DNA of 62,850 nucleotides, filler included, from Basidiobolus meristosporus CBS 931.73 (taxonomy: Eukaryota > Fungi > Basidiobolomycota): assembly GCA_002104905.1 (NCBI GenBank). It is 3 parts of 3 records of this genome, joined end to end, with 100 filler letters (N's around TTAATTAATTAA, not from the genome) between each part and the next. Parts side by side here need not be neighbours in the genome. Positions count along the whole stretch, not along the records: positions 37,063 to 62,850 come from MCFE01000925.1; 2 more parts are not named here. The stretch is one strand, 5' to 3'. Each line of letters begins with the position of its first letter. Position 1 is the first letter of the stretch. Shown piece after piece: positions 52,568 to 62,850 of the stretch. The notes beneath the pieces were generated by a model that saw nothing but the letters and a program-made list of their open reading frames with translations, did no database searches and was not told the origin of the DNA. The position numbers were made by a program, and so were the translations under genes.

Positions 52568-55500
52568 CTAAAGTTGAGAGGGTTCTCCTGAATCTCTTTT
52601 CTTGTGATACCAATATCTTGATGGTTCAGTATTTTCAGCAAGTCTTGCATGCTTGAGTCTGTCCCTATGCACTAAGTCTTCCCGGATATTACCTTGTTTG
52701 TCCACCAGTTGTAAGTTGCAAATGGACATTCTCTGATGATCTTGAATGGTCCTGTCCATTGTGGCTCAAACTTCTTCCAAGTGTTGTTTCTTAGCAATAC
52801 AAAGTTCCCAACTGTCAATGCTTCTGGTGCTATAGTCTTATCAAATCTCTGCTTCATCTTTTCTGCATTTTGAGATACTTTGGTCTGTGCCTCTTGACGT
52901 CTTTGTTCCAGTTGCTGGTGTCTACTTGGCTGACTGAGTTCATCTTCTATGGTGTCTGTAAGCTTTGGTTGTGTGAGATCTCCTGGAATTCTTGGTTCAC
53001 ATCCATAAACTAAGTAAAATGGTGATTGCTGGGTGGTGTTGTGTACTCTGACTCTGCATGCAAAGAGTGCTTGATCCATATACTCATCCCATCTACTGAC
53101 AACTCCATTTGCATACTTGGTCAGCATTTTTCCAAATAATCCATTAAACCGCTCAGTGACTCCATTAGTTCTGGGGTGATATGCCAAGGTTTTCAAGTGT
53201 CTGATCTGCTGCATTTCCAGGTAAGCCTCTATTGTCTTTGCCATAAAGTTTGCACCTCTATCAGATAAGATCTCCACAGGGCATCCAAACTTCATCAGGA
53301 TCTCATGGTAAATGAAACTTGCAACTTCTTGTTCACTGGCTATTGGTACAGCTTTAGCAACTGGCCATTTAGTGGCATGGTCAATAGCTACTAGGATCCA
53401 ACGGTTGCATTTCCTGGTAGTTGGCAGTCTTCCAATAAAGTCAATTCCCCATCTCTCAAATGGTTGTACAGGCTCCAAAGGGAAGAGTTTGGCAATTCTT
53501 TGTGGCTGGCCTTGATTGATTTGGCAGTTTGGGCATGTTTTCACCAGCTTCTCAATATCTTGTTTCATTCAGGGCCACCATGCTCTGGCTTTCACAAGGC
53601 TATAGGTTCCTTCAATCCCAAGATGTCCATATTCATTGTGTAGCTTATGTATTAAATCCAGGCAAGCAACATAAGGACAATAGGAAATAGGGCTTCCATC
53701 AACAATTTGGTAGAGTGTTTCATCCTGTACAACAAATTTGCTGGCTTCATCACGGATTATCTTCTTGATATCTTCATCCACCTCATTAGGAATGGCTTGG
53801 TCCTCCAAGTACTTTGGTAATAGGCTAGGCCAATCTGATTCATGCACCAAGTTGAGTTGTGCAACTTGATCTAATCTTGATAAGGCATCAGCAACCGTGT
53901 TGTTTTTTCCAGGGCAGTAGACAATCTCCAGGTCAAATTGCTGAATGTATTCACTCCATCTTGTCATTCTTCTAGAGAGTACCTTCTGAGTAAATATATA
54001 CTTGAGGGAGGCATGATCAGTCTTCACAGTGCATTTGACTCCTTCAATATAGCATCTCCATGTCTTCAAACAGTGTATTATAGCAAGCATCTCCTTCTCA
54101 TGGACTGGATAGTTTTGTTCTGCTGAGTTCAGTTTCTTGGATTCAAAGGCAACAGGGTAGTCCTTTCCCTTGTGTTCTTGGCTCAGCACTCCACCAATTG
54201 CATAATCTGAAGCATCTGTGCACAGAGTGAACTCTTTTCTGAAGTCTGGTATTCTTAGGCTTGGCAGCTTAGCAAGTTCATTCTTGAGCGTCTGGAAGGC
54301 AGTCTCACAAGCTATGTCCCACTTGTAGGTATTGTCTTACTTGAGGATATCAGTTAAAGGGGCTGCAATACTTGCAAAAGACTTGACAAATCTCCAATAA
54401 TAGGAAACCATTCCGAGGAATGATCTGAGTTCTGATATGCTATGGTGCTGCTTCAAGTTCTTGATTACTTCCACCTTCTTTGGGTCTAAGGTTACTCCTG
54501 TGCTAGTCACTATGTGTCCCAGGTATTCAACGTGCTCCTTGAGGAATTCACACTTGGCTAGCTTGCCATATAGCTTGTTCTCTCTTAGTTTCTCCAAGAC
54601 CTTTTCAATGTGCACTACGTGATCCTCTTCTGTCTTGCTGTATATCAATATGTCATCCAGGTAGATTATCACAAACTTGTCTAAGTACTCCTGAAAGACA
54701 GTCTGCATCAGCGTCATGAATGTTGCAGGGGCATTAGTGAGGCCAAAACTCATGACTAAGTACTTGTAGTGTCCATATCTGGTCCTGAATGCTCTCTTGG
54801 GGATGTCTTCTGGCTTCACCCTAATCTGGTTGTATCCTGACATGAGGTCAATCTTGCTGAAAATAGTTGCTCCATTAAGTTGGTCTAAAAGCTCATCAAT
54901 CCAAGGTATGGGATACTTATTCTTGACGGTAACTGAGCTCAGGGCTCTGTAGTCAATGCACATCCCAAGTGTTCCATCCTTCTTTTTCACAAAAAGCACT
55001 GGTGCTCCCCAGGGTGACTTGCTGGGCCTGATGTATCCTTGCTCCAATAGCTGATCAATTTGTCTCTTCATTTCCTCCAATTCTAATGGACTCATTCTGT
55101 AAGGTGTCTTGCTCACTGGAGGGTTATCTCCTGTGTCAATGGCATGATCCACGTCTCTGACTGGTGGTAGGCTTACAAGCTCATCTGGGAACACGTCTGA
55201 ATATTTCTTCAAGAGAGTCTGGACATGCTGGGGTGCTGGGGTAGAGGAATCCTCCTGTAATACCGCCATGAGGAACATCTTGGTACCTTTTCTAAGTGCT
55301 CTACAGAACTGGGTCTTGCTAAGTTCACTTGTCTCACACACACTGGAATTGACCAAGTTGAAATCCAGCATGGCAGGTAATAGCTCATAGGTCTTGTTTT
55401 TTTTTGGATCTGAGTAGCATGGGTTCTCCAGTTGATTGATGGATTACAACAAAAAAGCCAGGTTTTTCCAAGTACAAGGTCAAACTTGCAGTTCCCAAAT

Positions 55501-56699
55501 ATATAAGCCTGTAGGTCTTCTTCATAGTCATTGATCTTCATTCTTACTGGCTGGGTAATATGGTTGATTATGTAGGAGTTCCCATCAGCTGTGGAGACTG
55601 AAGTTGATTTGGTAGGTTCCAAGTTGATTCCAGCTTTCAAAGCAAATTGCTCTGACATGTACTCATGCAATGCTCCTGAGTCAATCATGATCTTGGCAGG
55701 TACTCCATTGATTACTCCATTCAAGTACAATAACTTCCCTGAGTTTGAAGTCATTTGGGACAAGTACTCTTCTGTCATATGGAAGGTGAGTTCCAAGTCT
55801 TCTTCAAGCTCATCTTTCACATTAATGTGTTCATGGGACTCAATAAGGCTGAAGGTTCTTGTTGGCTGGTGTCCATTTCTTCTCTGAGGGCAGTACTTTG
55901 CAATATGTCCCTGCTGGTGGCAATTGAAGCAAAGTCCTCTCTTCTTGCATTCTTCTGAGGAGGGATTCTTCTGCATAGCGTCTATTTCCATTGGTACTGC
56001 TTCTGATAGTCTTCTTTCATAATGATTATAGCCTTTCTGATTAGTCACTGTAGGCTTCCCAACTCCAAACATAGCTGAGTCATAGTCAATGGCAATCTTG
56101 ATGGCTTCTTCAATAGTCTGAGGTCTTTGGTAATTGACTTCCTTGCGAGTTCTTTCTTTCAACCCATCAATAAAGTATTCAACTTGCTCCAAGGGGTCCA
56201 TTCTTTCAATTTGTCCAAGTAGACATCTGTACTCATAGATGTATTCTTGCACCATTCCTTTCTGTCTGAGTGTCTTTAACTTCCTTCTTAGTAGTGTCTG
56301 CTGGTGTGGAGGTTCAAAAGCATCCTGAATTTCTGACACAAACTCATCCCAGGTAGAGGTTGTAGAGCATCCCATCCTAGTAGCTGACTTGATCTTGTTG
56401 TGGTACCACTGTAACGCTGCATCTGCCAGGTAAGAAGCTGCATAATGCAACTTGCGCTCTGGAGCAACTCCTTTAGCTTTAAAAGCTTCTTCAATCTGAA
56501 AGAGCCAAGTTCCCAGGTTTTCATTGACTCTGCCATGGTACTGGTTGACCTTCACACTAAAGTTGCTCTTGACAGGGCTTTGCTGGCTCTGAGCCATGGT
56601 AGTCATTCCTTGTTGCTGTTGGCTGAGGATCTGGAGTAGCTGTTGCTGTTGGGCCAGGATTTGCTGCATGGCATTCTTCCATTCTTGATTGTCCAACAT
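52568..56699 (-). pseudogene. gag-pol: gag-pol polyprotein (Gag, zinc knuckle, PR, RT, RNase H, IN), a few disablements
   Basis: CFNCHQQGHIAKYC, IMIDSGA, YLDD, TDHASL, GIDFIG..SDRG..E; 1-bp deletion in an A-run near 55390; stops at 54337 and 53569. Confidence 0.92.
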
Positions 56700-56738
56700 C
56701 TTGAGGGTGGTTTCTTCTTTCTTCAGGAGGGAGGTTTC

Positions 56739-56756
56739 TGGTTATTGCTGCTACCA
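56739..56756 (-). promoter_or_regulatory. PBS, probably initiator tRNA-Met
   Basis: TGGTAGCAGCAATAAC one base after the LTR; same sequence at about 60232-60249; TGGTAGC is the iMet acceptor complement. Confidence 0.65.
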
Positions 56757-59700
56757 ATGTTACAAGTCTTGGTATAAGAGTTGTAGAGGAATAGGGAGTT
56801 TAGCTAGTATTGTATTCACTAAAGCTTGAACTGATTTTTATTGAGGTTCCAGCAGCTCCTTATATACATTTTGCCAGATCAATTGCTGACTAACTGTATT
56901 TCCTAATGTAGGTTGTGGCTGATGACTCATTTGATTGCATCATCATCACCCAATAAGATCCTACTTAATATATCTATTTCTGTCTGATAAGGATCTGCTG
57001 ATTCATTTGCTGACTAATGCTACTGATTTCATAGATAATACTGATATACTGATAACCTAAACATATACTAATTGATTTGACTAAAAACTGATCTAACTTA
57101 AACATTCAAGCGGCAGATCATAACACTAAGTCTTCCTGGATATTGCCTTGTTTGTCCACTAATTGGTAGGTTGCAAATGGACATTCTCTGATGATCTTGA
57201 ATGGTCCTGTCCAATGTGGCTCAAACTTCTTCTGAGTGTTGTTTCTTAGCAATACAAAGTTCCTAACTGTCAATGCTTCTGGTGCTACAGTCTTATCAAA
57301 GCTCTACTTTATGTTTCCTGCACTTTGAAGTACTTTGGTCTGTGCCTCTTAACGTCTTTGTTCCAGTTACTGGTGTCTACTTGGCTGATGGAGCTCATCT
57401 TCTCAGGTGTGAGATCTCCTGGAATCCTTGGTTCACATCCATACAATTGGTAAAATGGAAATTGTTAGGTGGCATTGTGTACTCTGACTCTGCATGCAAA
57501 GAGTGCTTGGTCTATATACTCATCCCATCTACTGACTACTCCATTTGCATGATTGGTTAGCATTTTCCCAAATAGTCCATTTAACCATTCAGTGACTCCA
57601 TTAGTTCTGGGGTGATATGCCAAGGTTATCAAGTGTTTAATCTGCTGCATTTGCAGGTAAGCTTCCAATGTTGTTGCCATAAAGTTTGCAACTCTATCTG
57701 ATTGAATCTCAACAGGGCATCCAAACTCCATAAGGATCTCATGGTAGATGAAGCTTGCAACTTCTTGTTCACAGGCTATAGGTACAGCATTAGCCACTGG
57801 CCATTTAGTGGCCTGGCCAATTGCTACCAGGATTCAACAGTGGCATTTCCTGGTAGTTGGCAGTTTTCCAATAAAGTTCAACTCCCATCTTTCAAATGGC
57901 CTTATAGGCTCCAAGGGAAAGAGTTCAGTAATTCTCTGAGGTTGGCCTTGGTTGATTTGGCAATTTTGGCATGCTTTTACTACCTTCTCAATGTCATGCT
58001 TCATTCTGGGCCACAATGCTCTGGCTTTCACAAGGCTATAGGTTCCTTCAATCCCAAGATGTCCATATCCATTGTGTAGCTTATGTATTGAATCCTGGCA
58101 AGCAACATAAGGGCAATAGGCAATAGGGCTTCCATCAACAACTTAGTAGAGTGTTTCATGCTCTACTACAAATTTGCTGGCTTCATCACGGATTATCTTC
58201 TTGATATCTTGATCCACCTCATTAGGAATGGCTTGTTCCTCCAGGTAGTTTGGTAATAGGCTAGGCCAATCTGATTCATGCACCAAGTTGAGTTGTGCAA
58301 TTTGTTCTAATATTGATAAGATGTCAGCAACCATGTTGTTTTTCCATGGCAGTAGACAATCTCTAAATCAAATTGCTGAATGTATTCACTCCATCTTGCC
58401 ATTTTTCTAGAGAGTACTTTCTGAGTAAACATATACTTGAGGGAGGCATGATCAGTCTTCACAGTGCATTTGACTCCTTTAGTATAGCATCTCCATGCCA
58501 TCAAACAATGTATTATAGCAAGCATCTCCTTCTTGTGCACTGGATAGCTTTGTTCTGCTGAGCTCAGCTTCTTGGATTCAATGGCAATTGGGTGGTCCTC
58601 ACCCTTGTGTTCTTGGCTCAACACTCCACCAATTGCATAATCTGAGGCATCTGCAAACAGAGTAAACTCTTTTCTGAAGTCAGGAATTCTTAAGCTTGGT
58701 GGCTTAGCAAATTCATTCTTGAGTGTCTGGAAGGCAGTCTCACAAGCTATGTCCCACTTGTAGGTATTGTCTTTCTTGAGGATATCAGTTAAAGTGGTGG
58801 CAATACTTGCAAAGGACTTGGCAAATCTCCAATAATAGGAAACCATTCCAAGGAATGATCTGAGCTCTGATATGCTATGGGGCTACTTCAGATTCTCAAT
58901 AACTTCAACCTTCTTAAGGTCCAAGGTTACTCCTATGCTAGTCACTATGTGTCCAGATATTCAATATGTTCCTTGAAGAGTTCACACTTGGGTAGCTTGC
59001 CATAAAGCTTGTTCTCTCTTAGCTTCTTCAAGACCTTTTCAATGTGCACCAAGTGATCCTCTTCTGTCTTGCTGTATATCAATATATAATTTAGTAAGAT
59101 TATCACAAACTTGTCTAAGTACTCCTGGAAGACAGTCTGCATCAGAGTCATGAACGTTGCAGGGGCATTGGTGAGGCCAAAACTCATGACTAAGTACTTG
59201 TAATATCCATATCTGGTCCTGAATGCTGTCTTAGGGATGTCTTCTGGCTTCACCCTAATCTGGTTGTATCCTGACATGAGGTCAATCTTGCTGAGAATAG
59301 TGGCTAAATTGAGTTGGTCCAAAAGCTCATCAATCCAAGGTATGGGGTACTTGCTCTTCACAGTAACTGAGTTGGGGGCTCTGTAGTCAATGTACATCCC
59401 AAGTGTTCCATCCTTCTTCTTCACAAAAAGTACTGGAGCTCCCCAAGGTGACTTGCTGGGTCTGATATATCCTTGCTCCAATAACTGATCAATTTGTCTC
59501 TTCATCTCTTCCAACTCCAATGGACTCATTCTGTAAGGTGTCTTGCTCACTGGAGGGCTATCTCCTGTTTCAATGGCATAATCCACATCTCTGACTGGTG
59601 GTAGGCTTACAAGCTCATCTGGAAATACATTTGAATACTCCTTCAAGAGAGTTTGGACCTTGTGGGGTACTGGAGTAGAGGAATCCTCCTGTAATACTGC

Positions 59701-60619
59701 CATGAGGAACATCTGGGTGCATTTTCTTAGTGCTCTAAAGAACTGTGTCTTGCTAAGTTGACCTGTCTCACACTCACTGGATTTGACCAAGTTATAATCC
59801 AGTCTGGGAGGTAACAACTCATTGGTCTTGTTGTCCTCCTGGATCTGGGTAACATGGGTTCTCCAGTTGATTGATGGATTACAACAAAATAGCCAGCTTC
59901 TCCCAAGTACAAGGTCAAACTTGCAGTTCCCAAATACCACTGCCACTGCCAGGTAAGTGGCTGCATAATGTAACTTGCTTTCTGGAGCAATTCCCTTAGC
60001 CTTTAAAGCTTCTTCAATCTGGAAGAGCCAAGTTCCCATGTTTTCATTGACTCCACCATGGTACCAGTTGACCTTCACATTAAAGTTGCTCTTGACAGGG
60101 TTTTGCTGGCTTTGGGCCATGGTAGTCATTCCTTGTTGCTGCTGGGCCAAAGTTTGTTGCATAGCATTCTTCCATTCCTGATTTTTTGACATCTTGAGGG
60201 AGGCTTCTTCTTTCTTCAGGAGTGACATTTCTGGTTATTGCTGCTACCAATGTTACAAGTCTTGGTATAAGAGTTGTAGAGGAAAAGGGAGTTTAGTTAG
60301 TATTGTACTCACTAAAACTTGAACTGATCTTTATTGAGGTTTCAGCAGCTTCTTATATACATTTTGCCGGATCAATTGCTGACCAATTGTATTTCCTAAT
60401 GTAGGCTGTGGCTGATGACTCATTTGATTGCATCATCATCACCCAATAAGATCCTACTTAGTATACCTATTTCTGTCTGATAAGAAACTGATGATTCATA
60501 TGCTGACTAATGCTACTGATTTGATATATAATACTGATATACTGATAAGCTGAACATATAACTAATTGATTTGACTAAAAACTGAACCAACTTGAACATT
60601 CAAGCAGCAGATCATAACA

Positions 60620-62850
60620 ACTGAACACAGAGTTTTCCAAGAGTGGATGGCTTCTACTTTCCAAGGATTCATTCTTGTTCCACTTGAGTTTTTAAGATAT
60701 CCTGAGAACGCAATTTCTCTCTGGTCAAAGTTACATTTCTACAGTTGGGTATTGAGGCCAGCAGTGTCAAGCTAGGTCAAGACTGCCTTCAAATGGGAAT
60801 TATGTTCTTCTAGAGTTTTGGGGTACATCAAGATATCACAAAGGTGGATAACCACAAATTGGTGAAGGTGCTCACAGAATATGTCATTCTTCAGGTGTTG
60901 AACAACAGCTGGGGCATTGGTGAGACCAGGTTGTATAATTCCATACTCAAAGTGACAATATCCTGTTCTGAAGGTGGTTTCTGCTCATCAACAAGCTTGA
61001 TGATCACAAGATTGAATATCCTGTGAGGTCAATTTTAGTAAATACTTTAGCAGTGAAGAGCTGATCCTACAGGGTGTTGATTGGGAGCAAAAGTTATTGG
61101 TTCATGATTGTGATTTTATTCAGTGTGTTATGATCTGCCGCTTGAATGTTTAAGTTTGATCAGTTTTTAGTCAAATCAATTAGTATATGTTTAGGTTATC
61201 AGTATATCAGTAGTATCTATGAAATCAGTAGCATTAGTCAGCAAATGAATCAGCAGATCCTTATCAGAGAGAAATAGGTATATTAAGTAGGATCTTATTG
61301 GGTGATGATGATGCAATCAAATGAGTCATCAGCCACAACCTACATTAGGAAATACAATTAGTCAGCAATTGATCTGGCAAAATGTATATAAGGAGCTGCT
61401 GAAACCTCAATAAAAATCAGTTCAAGCTTTAGTGAATACAATACTAGCTAAACTCCCTATTCCTCTACAACTCTTATACCAAGACATGTAGCAAGCGCAC
61501 AGTAGTCTACACATATTCTAGGGGTAACAAACTCTTTTCCAACAAAGAGGATTAGGGCACCAGCTTGGAACAAGAGTGCTGAATAAAGCCTCTCTGGAGG
61601 TTTTCTTTGATATAGCTATGGATCTCTTTCAGCTCACACTGTTAAAGGTTTTAATTATGACCAACAGGTAGGGCATTTTGTTCCTCAAGGTCTATGGGAC
61701 AATTGCGGGGTCTATATGCTGGGAGCAGTAGTGCTTGTTTCTGATCAAAAACATTGCTAAGTTCTTAATACCTTATTGGTATTCCATTGGAGGGGTTCCT
61801 TCAGTGATGATGGGCTCTTGGGTCTTGGGTAGCTTGGGAACAGATAGCTTTTTACCAGCATAGCCAGGTGCCTTTGTGGAGTTGGATGGAAGACTATGGG
61901 GAATGTCAAAGTCTTAGTCTTTGAGTTGATAGCCAAGTAATGGTGACTTAGCCATAAGCTTCTAAGAGCCATGGAGTAGTGTGCAGAGTTGATGATTTTA
62001 AAGGCTAGTGTCTCATAATGACCAGTAGTGGACAGTTGGAGTAGACATGTTGCACACAGTACAGCACCAGAAGAGAGGGATTGTCCATCAATAACTTCAA
62101 CTTGGGCATGAGAGGATTTCAGGAGAGTGGGGATTTTGTGCCTCTGGACAAAGCAATGGTCAATGAAGTAGCAGGAAGCACAAGAATTGTTCAGGGCAAG
62201 GACATGGACAGGGCTAGATTCAGGGATGTGAATGCTTCAGGTATTATTAAGGACTGGATGTGCTTTGTAGCATATGATGTTTCTTGAATGTGTTAAATAC
62301 TCATTGGAGGGTCCAGTTGAAAGCCTGTCACTATAACAGGATACTGGAGCTTATCAACAATTCAGGATATGGCTTTTCACTGGATAATTGTAGGAGTTTG
62401 ATGCTGGACTTCTTGTTAGGACATGACTTGCTGTAGCAGCCTGGCTGGCCATAATTGAGGCAGATATTTGCCTGCTAACTTCCAGATCCTTCTTCTTTTG
62501 TAAGTTTCTCAACCTTAACACTGTCAATTTGAATAGAATCATCAAACTTAGTATTGGGGAAGGAGGGTGGCTGATAAGTGTATTGGAATTTTGGTTTTTT
62601 CTGGAAAAGCAATTCCGACATTGGATTGATAGCTGCATAGCTATACCTAGGGTAGTTGGGCCATTAATTGTGGGGAGTAGGGTAATGACTCAACTCAGAT
62701 ATCTTCCTGAAACTGACTAATCATGGCAGCATCACCCCAAAGGCTCATATCACTGGTTAGTAGCCAGAGTTCAGAAGCATACACATTTATAGGTCTGTTT
62801 CCATGCTTCGAAGTTTCTGATCTTGCTGGCAGCAGTTCTGACTTAGTCAA
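60620..62850 (-). mobile_element. Chromovirus 5' half (decayed gag/protease/RT), continuous with 49550-52080
   Basis: Protease VHVLALNNSCASCYFIDHCFVQRHKIP..VEVIDG..LWLSHH; RT EIAFSGY..MNPWKVEAIHSW. Confidence 0.72.
61126..61493 (+). repeat. Solo LTR-C (368 bp)
   Basis: Reverse complement of the C LTR; TSD AGTG (61122-61125) / AGCG (61494-61497). Confidence 0.9.

Larger units (their letters stand above)
52190..57125 (-). mobile_element. Full-length Ty3/Gypsy element C1 (4936 bp)
   Basis: 368-bp LTRs at 52190-52557 and 56758-57125 with 5 mismatches by my count; CTAA TSD; PBS TGGTAGCAGC from 56756; PPT ggggagaa. Confidence 0.95.
52081..60619 (-). mobile_element. Gypsy-C element 2 (5' LTR 60251-60619; body 57126-60250 plus 52081-52189), host of element 1; 3' LTR deleted
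   Basis: PBS TGGTAGCAGC; ORFs 58945-60228, 58307-58846, 57465-57797; integrase tail continues left of 52190. Confidence 0.88.

Noticed and set aside
55380-55400. Programmed gag-pol frameshift at an A-run
   Set aside because: Element 2 reads through in frame with one more base here, so this is a copy-specific deletion or sequencing error
1-62850. Most short ORFs in the six-frame track as genes
   Set aside because: They are antisense or alternative frames of decayed TE genes, or chance ORFs

Overview
The window is about 63 kb of eukaryotic DNA, probably from an early-diverging fungus (inference from the TE types and CpG decay). It is made almost entirely of nested, mostly decayed transposons, and I find no host gene, RNA gene or CRISPR array. 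Contents: (1) about 10 pieces of a CACTA/EnSpm (CMC) family with CCCTRTGAAAA ends, a Tnp2-type transposase and a divergent uncharacterised ORF2; (2) a two-gene PIF/Harbinger-like DDE_Tnp_4 element (one near-complete copy at 41147-45386, two decayed copies, two MITE derivatives) with AGACTTG TIRs and an ATT TSD; (3) several LTR retrotransposon families: a self-nested Ty3/Gypsy family C with 368-bp LTRs, a chromovirus that hosts it, another Gypsy (D), a Copia, and a related A/B LTR group primed by tRNA-Lys. Most striking: every A/B LTR junction falls on a 4-bp CCG(G/C) site or its deamination product, in DNA where CpG is almost absent, which suggests a CpG/CCGG-targeting LTR retrotransposon. Also notable: the youngest Harbinger-like copy has a completely CpG-free transposase (28/28 Arg codons AGR) next to a CpG-dense accessory gene and CpG-retaining ends. 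There are two N-gaps with an artificial TTAATTAATTAA linker. All family assignments come from motif recognition by eye; no database was searched.
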